Positions 8,939-16,296 of a stretch of DNA of 32,000 bases are shown in pieces. The position numbers and the translations under genes are program-made. The DNA is from Chloroflexota bacterium. GTDB lineage: Bacteria > Chloroflexota > Dehalococcoidia > Lucifugimonadales > Australimonadaceae. Where the stretch lies: NCBI GenBank assembly GCA_022561455.1, contig JADFRC010000002.1:1-32000 (forward strand), given 5' to 3'. Position 1 is the stretch's first letter, and each line of letters opens with the position of its first letter. Under the pieces are notes generated by a model. That model was not told the origin of the DNA. It saw only the letters and a program-made list of their open reading frames with translations, and made no database searches.

Positions 8939-9670
8939 ATGGGCCGGCGGCGCAAGGTGCTCCGTCCGCGCAGCGTGCGCGGCATCAAGCCGTATACCTC
9001 CGACGAGGTCTACGACCTGCTCGCCGCAGCGTACGGACCTCTCACGCTGGCGCGCCCCAGGCACGCCGACGGCACCGCCGAGCTCATCGAGACGATCCTC
9101 TCGCAGCACACCTCCGACACCAACGCGGAGCGCGCCTTCGCCGCGCTGGCCGACCGCTATCCGACGTGGCAGGCCGTGGTCGACGCGCCGACGGCCGAGC
9201 TTGAGGAGGTGATCCGCAGCGGCGGCCTCGCCCGGCAGAAGGCACCCCGCATCCAGGAGGCGCTACGCTCGGTCCACGCGCGCACGGGCGGCTATGGCAT
9301 CGACTTCCTGGCGGAGATGGAGCTGCCCGATGCCAAGGCGTGGCTCCAGGAGCTGCCCGGCGTCGGGCCGAAGACGGCCGGCGTCGTGCTCTCCTTCGCC
9401 TACGGCCGCCCCGCGATGGCCGTGGACACGCACATCCACCGCGTCACCCGACGGCTCGGCCTCATCGGGCCCAAGGTCACGGCCGACGAGGCCCACGACG
9501 TGCTCGAGCCGACCATCGCGCCGGAGCGGGTGCTCGGCTTCCACGTCGGCCTCATCACCCACGGCCGTCAGGTATGCCACGCGCAGCGGCCCGCGTGCGC
9601 CGGCTGCGTCCTCGCGCCCCAGTGCCCGTCGCGGCCCCTGTTCGAGCGCGCCCCCGAGCGCACGCGGTGA
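8939..9670 (+). CDS. endonuclease III-like HhH-GPD base-excision DNA glycosylase with [4Fe-4S] cluster loop
   Basis: HhH-GPD segment LQELPGVGPKTAGVVLSFAYGRPAMAVDTHIHRV. C-terminal CHAQRPACAGCVLAPQC fits C-X6-C-X2-C-X5-C. Start could be 8912 or 8939. Confidence 0.8.
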   Translation: MGRRRKVLRPRSVRGIKPYTSDEVYDLLAAAYGPLTLARPRHADGTAELIETILSQHTSDTNAERAFAALADRYPTWQAVVDAPTAELEEVIRSGGLARQKAPRIQEALRSVHARTGGYGIDFLAEMELPDAKAWLQELPGVGPKTAGVVLSFAYGRPAMAVDTHIHRVTRRLGLIGPKVTADEAHDVLEPTIAPERVLGFHVGLITHGRQVCHAQRPACAGCVLAPQCPSRPLFERAPERTR

Positions 9671-10209
9671 GCGGCCCCACCGGGCTGCCATCGGGCGGCG
9701 CCGTGCCCGAGCGCACGCGGCGGGAGGCCCGCTCGCTGCTGGAAGCGCTATGCGCCGAGCACGGCATCACGCCCGTCCCGGCGCTCGAATGGTCGACGCG
9801 GATGCGGCGCGTCCTGGGCCGCGCCTTCGTCCGGGAGAACCGCATCCGGCTCTCGGCCTGGCTCGACGAGCGCCAAGCCGCCGACACGCTACGCCACGAG
9901 CTCGCGCACATCGCCGTCGGCCGCTCGCGTCGCCGGCCACACGGACCGCGGTGGCGTGCGTGGGCGGCGCGCCTCGGCGTCGAGCCCCGTGCCGCCGCGA
10001 AGGCCGAGCCCGCCCACGCGCCACCGCGCAGTCCGGGCCGCCGCCACGTCGGTCTCGAGTGCGCGAGCTGCGGCACGCGCTTCGTGCGGCAGCGCGTGCT
10101 CCGCGGCCTCTACTGCGCAGCCTGCGGCCCGCGCAAGGGCACGCTCGTGCGCACCGCCGAAGGCGACCGAGAAACGATCCACACCTGGGCACAAGGGCAC
10201 AGCCCTTGA
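9667..10209 (+). CDS. SprT-like zinc metalloprotease domain protein with C-terminal zinc ribbon
   Basis: In frame with track ORF 9340..10209. GTG 9667 overlaps the upstream TGA as GTGA. HELAH (HExxH) motif; CASCG...CAACG ribbon. Start inferred. Confidence 0.65.
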   Translation: MSGPTGLPSGGAVPERTRREARSLLEALCAEHGITPVPALEWSTRMRRVLGRAFVRENRIRLSAWLDERQAADTLRHELAHIAVGRSRRRPHGPRWRAWAARLGVEPRAAAKAEPAHAPPRSPGRRHVGLECASCGTRFVRQRVLRGLYCAACGPRKGTLVRTAEGDRETIHTWAQGHSP

Positions 10210-10430
10210 CCCACTTGGGGTAGCACCGCGGAGCTCGGCGAACGCTGTCATTCAGAGCGGGGTGTTGGCGGTCAGCCCCGGACCACGTTTGTGCTGAGGC
10301 TCTCGAAGTACGAGCGAACGGTTGGCTGGCACCGCCGACGCCGAGGCACACCCCGGTTGCTCGCCCACCTGACGCGCTCCGGCTGGCGCCGCGGGGCTTG
10401 GCGCCAAGGAATGGCTTCACCGCACAGGAC

Positions 10431-10602
10431 GGGGAGTGCAGAGAGCCTGCCCTGAGCTTGTCGAAGGGGGCGCTGCCCCTCTGCCGGGGGCACGGGGGTG
10501 CCCCCCGTATTTGGCTTTACCACCCCTATCCTGGCGAGAGCCTGCCCTGAGCACAGTCGAAGGGAAGGGGGACGGGGGGATGGTCGAAGCAGTCGTGAGC
10601 GC
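10431..10602 (+). repeat. three-hairpin repeat, copy 2, expanded by two nested mini-elements (10444-10466 and 10539-10562)
   Basis: Head GGGGAGTGCAGAG, hairpin 2 CACGGGGGTGCCCCCCGT, tail GGGGGACGGGGGGATGGTCGAAGC. Two 23/24-nt inserts AGCCTGCCCTGAGC..GTCGAAG interrupt it. Confidence 0.85.
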
Positions 10603-10917
10603 CGACCCCTCGCTAGCGGCGTGGCGCTTCGAGGCGACCGGCTTACGCGGGCGGTCCGCCGCAGCACGCTCAGGGTCTTGGCAGAAAGCCTCCCCGCGCC
10701 CTATGATGGGGCTGCGGCAACTGGCCGCAGAAAGGGGGTGATTCAGTAGTGAAATCATCGTTATCTCGCACTGCTGCGTCGCCCGCTGCCCATCGCTAGG
10801 AGCCGGTAGGTCGAAGCCGGCTGCCTGCGATGCTCTCGCGGACCTATGTGATGGGTCCTTGCGGGGATGCAGCAGGGTGCGACCCGGTCCCTCTTATGAT
10901 GGACCGGGACATTGAGG

Positions 10918-10951
10918 GAGCGCCCCGCTCGCTTCGGTGAGCGGGGCGCTC
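10918..10951 (+). other. 15-bp GC-rich hairpin capped by a TTCG tetraloop (terminator-like, weak T tail)
   Basis: GAGCGCCCCGCTCGC-TTCG-GTGAGCGGGGCGCTC, followed by TTGCG. It closes a lower-GC stretch holding three smaller hairpins. Confidence 0.4.
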
Positions 10952-11069
10952 TTGCGTCCGCGGCCGGCCCGGCCGCGTGCGATACAATATGTCAGCGCCG
11001 ACGGCTTCGCAGTCCGGCCGCGGCGCCCATCTCGTTCATGTAGGGGAGCCCGCCGAGGTGCCAGGCAGC

Positions 11070-12035
11070 ATGGTCGTCAGGATAGGCGTCGCCGGTGCCT
11101 CCGCGATGGCGCGGGAGGGCCGCGAGACGTTCCTCCGGTACCTCGACACGCTCGAGGCGCTCCGGTGGGACTCCGTGTGGTTCTCGGACCGCATCGTCGG
11201 CGGCGCATGGCGGATGGACCCGCTCGCCGGCATGGCGATCACCGCCGGCCGGACCGAGAAGCTCAAGTTCGGCACGGGCGTGCTGCTCATGTCGATGCGC
11301 AGCCCCGTGGCGGCCGCCCGCGAGCTCGCCACGATCGACCTGCTCTCGAACGGCAGGCTCATCGTCGGCGTCGGCATCGGCCAGGAGTCGACGGTCGAAT
11401 ACGACGCGATGGGCGTGCGCAAGCGCGACCGCGGCAAGCGCCTCGACGAGGCGATCGTGATCATGCGGCGGCTGTGGACGGAGGACAGCGTCACCTACGA
11501 GAGCGACTTCCTCAAGCTGACCGAGGCCTCGATCCAGGTGCGCCCGAAGCAGGCCAACATACCGATATGGATCGGCAGCAGGACGGAGCCCGGACTGCGC
11601 CGCACCGGGCGCCTCGGCGACGGCTGGCTGCCGACGCAGATCACGCCGGAGGAGGTCGAGAAGGGCATCGAGCGCATCAAGGAGCACGCGGCCGAGGCAG
11701 GCCGCGACTTCGACCCCGGCCACTACGGCGTGCAGATCGGCACGTACCTGGTCGAGCGCGGACGCGTCCCCGCCGAGGTCACGGAGCGCTATCTCACCTC
11801 GCGCCGCTCCGACGTCCCCGCGGAGGCGATCAACCTGCTCGGCACGCCGGAGACGGTGACGGCGCGGCTCCGTGAGTACATCGACGCCGGAGCCACGAAG
11901 TTCGTCTTCAACCCCGCATGCGGCGCCGGCGAGATGTTCGACCAGCTCCAGCTCCAAGCCGAGGCCATCGTCCAACCCTTCCACCAGGGCGCAGCCCTGG
12001 ACCCACTAGAGGGGCGAACTTCAGTGGTGGGCTGA
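11070..12035 (+). CDS. LLM-class (luciferase-like) flavin/F420-dependent oxidoreductase
   Basis: Track ORF 10977..12035. Start moved to ATG 11070 (MVVRIGVAGAS...) because ATG 10977/10989 overlap a TACAAT box (10983-10988). TIM-barrel LLM pattern: WDSVWFSDR, GRLIVGVGIG, IPIWIGS. The last ~16 codons run into a repeat module. Confidence 0.75.
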   Translation: MVVRIGVAGASAMAREGRETFLRYLDTLEALRWDSVWFSDRIVGGAWRMDPLAGMAITAGRTEKLKFGTGVLLMSMRSPVAAARELATIDLLSNGRLIVGVGIGQESTVEYDAMGVRKRDRGKRLDEAIVIMRRLWTEDSVTYESDFLKLTEASIQVRPKQANIPIWIGSRTEPGLRRTGRLGDGWLPTQITPEEVEKGIERIKEHAAEAGRDFDPGHYGVQIGTYLVERGRVPAEVTERYLTSRRSDVPAEAINLLGTPETVTARLREYIDAGATKFVFNPACGAGEMFDQLQLQAEAIVQPFHQGAALDPLEGRTSVVG

Positions 12036-12155
12036 CGCGGTCGTGCAGAGCTAGGGCATGGGACGAGATCCTTCGCGGAGCCTGTCCTGAGCGAAGTCGA
12101 AGGGCTCAGCATGGCGGTTGGCGAAGCGAGCTGAGGTACGGTGTCCAACCGTGAG

Positions 12156-12456
12156 CTTTAGTCCGGAGCCGGAGCGAAGCGTAGGCGCATAGTCAGACAG
12201 GAGGTTCGCCGGGCACCGAGGGCGGAAGCAGCGCGTGCCTGCTTTAGTCCGGAGCCGGAGCGAAGCGTAGGCGCATAGTCAGACAGGAGGTTCGCCGGGC
12301 ACCGAGGGCGGAAGCAGCGCGTGCCTGCTTTAGTCCGGAGTCCTTCCTCAGCGGAAGGACGCACAGTCAGACAGGAGGTTCGCCGGGCACCGAGGGCGGA
12401 AGCAGCGCGTGCCTGCTTTAGTCCGGAGCCGGAGCGAAGCGTAGGCGCATAGTCAA
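12156..12456. repeat. tandem array, about 3.5 units with period 86/86/88 bp, ending at the argC ATG
   Basis: CTTTAGTCCGGAG recurs at 12156, 12242, 12328 and 12416. Units carry AGTCAGACAGGAGGTTCGCCGGGCACCGAGGGCGGAAGCAGCGCGTGCCTG. Unit 3 swaps CCGGAGCGAAGCGTAGGCGCAT for the hairpin TCCTTCCTCAGCGGAAGGACGCAC. Confidence 0.9.
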
Positions 12457-13491
12457 ATGAAAATAGGCATCATCAACGTCACCGGATACGCCGGCATCGA
12501 GCTCGCGCGCATCCTGCATCGCCACCCCGAGGCCGACATCGTCGGCGTCACCGGGCGCAGCGCGGCCGGCGAGGAGCTCGGCGACGCGCTCCCGCACCTC
12601 GCCCGCCTCGGCTTGAGGATCGAGCCGGAGATCACCAGGAGCGTCGACGTCGTGTTCTCGGCGCTGCCGCAGGTGGCGAGCGCCGAGGTGTGCATACCCT
12701 TCGTCCGCGACGGCGTGAAGGTCGTCGACATCTCGGCGGACTTCCGCCTGCACGACCCCGCCGTCTACGCGGAGTGGTACGGGGCGAAGCACCCGGCGCC
12801 GGACCTGCTCGAGACGGCCGTGTACGGCCTGACCGAGCTCGACCGCGACGGCATCGCGGCCGCGCCGCTCGTCGCCAACCCCGGCTGCTATGCGACGGCA
12901 GCACTGCTCGCGCTCGCGCCGGTCGTCCGCGAGGGGCTCGTGAGCGAGCGTCTGATCGTCGATACGAAGTCGGGCGTCTCGGGCGCCGGCCGCGGCCTGA
13001 GCATGGGCACCCACTTCTCGGAGGTCAACGAGAACGTCTTCGCCTACGCGGTGGACGGCCACCGCCATCTGCCGGAGATCACGCAGGAGCTCCGCCGGAT
13101 GCGCGCCGGATTCGAGCCGAGCGTCACGTTCCAGCCGCACCTCATCCCGATGACGCGCGGCATCCTCGACACGGTCTACGCGGAGCTCGCCGACGGCGCC
13201 TTCGCGTCCGCCGAGGCGGCGAGGGACGGCGTGCGCGAGCTGTACGCTGGCTTCTATGCCGATGCGCCCTTCGTGCACGTGGTGGACGCACCGCCGCAGA
13301 CCAAGCAGACGTGGGGCAACAACGACTGCCTGATCCACCCGACCGTCGATGTGCGGACGGGCCGGCTCGTCGTCTTCGCGGTGCTCGACAACCTCGTCAA
13401 GGGCGGCGCTGGCCAGGCGGTGCAGAACATGAACCTGATGTTCGGCCTGCCCGAATCGACCGGGCTCGAGCAGCTCGCGATCTATCCGTAG
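12457..13491 (+). CDS. argC: N-acetyl-gamma-glutamyl-phosphate reductase
   Basis: MKIGIINVTGYAGIELARIL NAD-binding N-terminus. Active-site region ANPGCYATAALLALAP. 344 aa, typical ArgC length. Confidence 0.93.
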   Translation: MKIGIINVTGYAGIELARILHRHPEADIVGVTGRSAAGEELGDALPHLARLGLRIEPEITRSVDVVFSALPQVASAEVCIPFVRDGVKVVDISADFRLHDPAVYAEWYGAKHPAPDLLETAVYGLTELDRDGIAAAPLVANPGCYATAALLALAPVVREGLVSERLIVDTKSGVSGAGRGLSMGTHFSEVNENVFAYAVDGHRHLPEITQELRRMRAGFEPSVTFQPHLIPMTRGILDTVYAELADGAFASAEAARDGVRELYAGFYADAPFVHVVDAPPQTKQTWGNNDCLIHPTVDVRTGRLVVFAVLDNLVKGGAGQAVQNMNLMFGLPESTGLEQLAIYP

Positions 13492-13545
13492 AGCCGGGTT
13501 CCCCAAAGCCTGGTATCGTGCCCCTTGTTCGCAGCACCCGCGCGT

Positions 13546-13622
13546 GCCCCCATCGTCTAGCGGCCTAGGACGTCGCCCTTTCAAGGCGAAGACCAGGGGT
13601 TCAAATCCCCTTGGGGGCACCA
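13546..13622 (+). tRNA. tRNA-Glu (anticodon TTC), CCA encoded
   Basis: GCCCCCA/TGGGGGC acceptor stem. Anticodon arm TCGCC-CTTTCAA-GGCGA. T arm CAGGGGTTCAAATCCCCTT. Close to the E. coli tRNA-Glu pattern (GTCTAG...GGAC, CCCTTTCA). Confidence 0.9.
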
Positions 13623-13777
13623 GCCAGGGCACTGCCCCTTCGACAAGCTCAGGGCAGGCTCTGGACCCACTAGAGGGGCGTCTGTCAGTGGTGGGCTGAT
13701 GCGGCGGTGAAGACAGACCGATCCCCTTGGGGCACCGGGCGGAAGCAGGTCAGGGCTCAGGGAGGCCACGAGTGGCC

Positions 13778-14557
13778 AAGATGTCGGCAGAGGAACGCTG
13801 GGGGCATATCCTCACGGAGCGCCACCGCTCTCCTCTTTCTCGGCTGCCGCACGACCCTCGGTGCGCCATATGCAGCGTGCCGTTCGAGGGGATCGGGGGC
13901 GCGATCGGGCGCGCGGTCGGATACCGCCGCTGGAACAAGAACCCGACCCTGTGCAACCAGTGCTACACGCACATGCCCGACGGCGGCATCGAGATCGACG
14001 TGGCGATCATGTTCGCCGACCTCCGGGGATCGACCGCACTCGCGGAGAAGCTCGAGCCACAGGCCTTCGCGGAGATACTGAACCGTTTCTACCGGGTCGC
14101 GATCGAGGTGCTGTCGGCGCACCGGGCGGTCATCGATAAGATGATCGGCGATGAGGTCATGGCCTTCTTCGTGTCCCTGGGCAGCGACGACTACCGGAGG
14201 AAAGCGGTCATGGCGGCCACGGAGCTCATGCGGCGCTTCCCCGAGGTCCTTCCCGAGGAGGAATCCCCACGCCTCGGCATCGGCCTCAACGCCGGGCTGG
14301 CCTTCGTGGGCAAGGTGGGCGAGGGCGAGGTGAGCGACTTCACGGCGCTCGGCGATACGATCAACGCCGGCGCCCGGCTCCAAGCCGAGGCCAAGGCGGG
14401 CGAGATCATCATGAGCGAGGACCTGTACCAGTCGGTTGCGTCCGACCACCCGGACCTCGAGCGCCGGGTGTTGCATCTGCGGGGCCGTGAGGAGCCGATT
14501 ACCGTACGGATACTGAAGGCGGGAGCGCCTTCCGCCCCGGGCGGCGTCGGCGCGTGA
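13778..14557 (+). CDS. class III adenylate/guanylate cyclase domain protein with N-terminal Cys-rich zinc-ribbon-like segment
   Basis: IDVAIMFADLRGSTALAE, IGDEVMAFF, FTALGDTINAGARLQ motifs. N-terminal CAICS...CNQC. Start 13778 or 13727. Confidence 0.8.
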   Translation, partial: KMSAEERWGHILTERHRSPLSRLPHDPRCAICSVPFEGIGGAIGRAVGYRRWNKNPTLCNQCYTHMPDGGIEIDVAIMFADLRGSTALAEKLEPQAFAEILNRFYRVAIEVLSAHRAVIDKMIGDEVMAFFVSLGSDDYRRKAVMAATELMRRFPEVLPEEESPRLGIGLNAGLAFVGKVGEGEVSDFTALGDTINAGARLQAEAKAGEIIMSEDLYQSVASDHPDLERRVLHLRGREEPITVRILKAGAPSAPGGVGA

Positions 14558-14573
14558 CCGAACGGAGGTTCCT

Positions 14574-15440
14574 GTGCAGCTAGGCGTCGTGTTCCCGCAG
14601 ACCGAGCTGGGCTCGGACCCCGGCGCGGTCCGCGCGTTCGCCCTGGCGGCGGAGGAGCTCGGCTACGCCCACCTCGTCGCGTTCGACCACGTGCTCGGCG
14701 TCGACACCAGCACGCGGCCCGACTGGCGCGGCCCCTACACCTCCCGCAGCAACTTCCACGAGCCGTTCGTCCTGTTCGGCTACCTGGCGGGGATCACCAC
14801 GACGCTGGAGCTCGTGACGGGCATCATCATCCTCCCGCAGCGCCAGACCGCGCTCGTCGCGAAGCAGGCCGCCGAGGTCGACGTCCTCAGCGGCGGGCGG
14901 CTGCGCCTCGGCGTCGGCATCGGCTGGAACGACGTCGAGTACGAGGCGCTCGGCGAGGACTTCCACAACCGCGGCCGCCGTTCCGAGGAGCAGGTCGACG
15001 TGATGCGGGCGCTGTGGGCCCAGGAGACCGTGACCTTCGAGGGGCGGTGGCACACCATCCCCGGAGCGGGGATCAATCCCCGGCCCGCGCGCGGCACCAT
15101 CCCCGTCTGGTTCGGCGGCGGCAGGGAGGAGCGCGTCCTGCGCCGCATCGCGCGCATGGGCGACGGCTGGTTCCCCCAGGGCGCGCCCGACGAGAAGATG
15201 GTGGAGCGGCTCGCGATGTTTCGGGGGTTCATCGCCGAGGCCGGGCGGGACGCCGCCGCCGTCGGCATCGAGGCCCGCGCGGGCATGCGCGATGGCCTCG
15301 ATGCGGCCCTCGATCAGGCTCGCCGGTGGGAGGCGCTCGGCGCAACCCACCTGGCGGTGAACACGATGGGTGCCGGGTACGAGACCGTGGAAGCGCACAT
15401 CGATGCGATCGCATCGTTCAAGCAGAGGCTGACAGGCTGA
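14574..15440 (+). CDS. LLM-class F420-dependent oxidoreductase (Rv2161c-like family by recollection)
   Basis: GTG start after GGAGG. MQLGVVFPQTELGSDPGAVRAFALAAEELGYAHLVAFDHVLG and GRLRLGVGIGWN are typical of this family. Confidence 0.8.
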   Translation: MQLGVVFPQTELGSDPGAVRAFALAAEELGYAHLVAFDHVLGVDTSTRPDWRGPYTSRSNFHEPFVLFGYLAGITTTLELVTGIIILPQRQTALVAKQAAEVDVLSGGRLRLGVGIGWNDVEYEALGEDFHNRGRRSEEQVDVMRALWAQETVTFEGRWHTIPGAGINPRPARGTIPVWFGGGREERVLRRIARMGDGWFPQGAPDEKMVERLAMFRGFIAEAGRDAAAVGIEARAGMRDGLDAALDQARRWEALGATHLAVNTMGAGYETVEAHIDAIASFKQRLTG

Positions 15441-15451
15441 AGGAGGAACGC

Positions 15452-15994
15452 ATGAGCACCGCAGTCATCATCCTGGACATGGCGAAGGGCTACGGGTGGG
15501 AGCCCGGCAGCTTCGGCTACGAGATGGTCGCGAACGTCCGCAAGCTCAAGGACGCCGCCTACGCCGCGGGCGCCCAGGTCATCCACGTCAACAGCATGCG
15601 CCGGCCGACCGACAACCTGGGCAACCCGCGCATGATGGTCGGGACGGACGCCGTCGACGTCATACCGGAGCTCCAGCCCGTGGACCGCGACATACTCATC
15701 TACAAGCGCTACCTCAGCGGCTTCTCGCACAACGACCTGGACTACACCCTCCGCACGATGGGCGCGGACACGGTCGTCATCGCCGGCGCCTCCACCGACA
15801 ACACCGTGCTCTGGACCGCGGCGGACGCGCACCAGTACCGGTACAAGGTGGTCATCGTCGAGGACTGCACGATCGTCCACCGTGAGCAGGAGCCGCCCGG
15901 AGCGAAGGAGGGCGCGCTGCGCATCGTGCGCGGCGTGCTGAAGGGCGAGGTCCTGCCGCTGGACGAGGTGGTCCCGCGCTACCTCAAGGCGTAG
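15452..15994 (+). CDS. isochorismatase-family (cysteine hydrolase superfamily) protein
   Basis: ATG after AGGAGGAACGC, in frame within track ORF 15014..15994. AVIILDM..., IYKRYLSGFSHNDLDYTLRTMGADTVVIAGASTDNTV pattern. Confidence 0.8.
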   Translation: MSTAVIILDMAKGYGWEPGSFGYEMVANVRKLKDAAYAAGAQVIHVNSMRRPTDNLGNPRMMVGTDAVDVIPELQPVDRDILIYKRYLSGFSHNDLDYTLRTMGADTVVIAGASTDNTVLWTAADAHQYRYKVVIVEDCTIVHREQEPPGAKEGALRIVRGVLKGEVLPLDEVVPRYLKA

Positions 15995-16059
15995 CGGGCA
16001 CGCCTGCCAGGGCGCACGCCGTGCGCCCCTACGCGGGCCGTGGCTTGGCGCCGCCAGAG

Positions 16060-16184
16060 GGGGAGTGCAGAGGGGCGAAGCCCCTTTGCCGGGGGTGCGG
16101 GGGTGTCCCCCGTCTCTGGCTCTATCACCCCCTTCCTGGCGAGGAAGGGGGACGGGGGGATGGTCGAAACGACGGTAGGGCACC
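16060..16184 (+). repeat. three-hairpin repeat, copy 3
   Basis: GGGGAGTGCAGAGGGGCGAAGCCCCTTTGCCGGGGGTGCGGGGGTGTCCCCCGTCTCTGGCTCTATCACCCCCTTCCTGGCGAGGAAGGGGGACGGGGGGATGGTCGAAACGACGGTAGGGCACC. Confidence 0.9.
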
Positions 16185-16296
16185 GACGCTCGCGCACGGA
16201 GTGGAGGTTCCGCGGCAAAGCCGTGCGGCGCGGATGGCGAGCGCGTAGACTGCCTGGCGGATCGCGAGGGGAACGACGACGGAGGGAGACCCAGCC

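Noticed and set aside
7590-9212. 540-aa + strand ORF spanning the repeat, the PPOX gene region and the phosphatase gene
   Set aside because: It starts inside a repeat copy and overlaps real genes in another frame or strand. Its composition is extreme in Arg/Pro/Ala with no recognisable motifs.
10830-10940. 36-aa ORF MLSRTYVMGPCGDAAGCDPVPLMMDRDIEGAPRSLR in the orphan interval
   Set aside because: No Shine-Dalgarno. Third-codon positions are much less G/C-biased than in the real genes here. Its stop lies inside the strong terminal hairpin, so an RNA-structure explanation is preferred.
10977-11069. Upstream ATG starts (10977, 10989) for the LLM oxidoreductase
   Set aside because: They overlap or abut the TACAAT -10-like box (10983-10988). 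They would add a non-conserved-looking 31-residue extension before the typical MVVRIGV LLM start. Kept only as an alternative.
12156-12456. CRISPR array hypothesis for the 86-bp tandem repeats (likewise for the 21-bp array at 25921-26067 and the ~125-nt repeats)
   Set aside because: The units are contiguous with no unique spacers. The repeat lengths are wrong for CRISPR. The dispersed 125-nt copies are kilobases apart. No cas genes are in the window.
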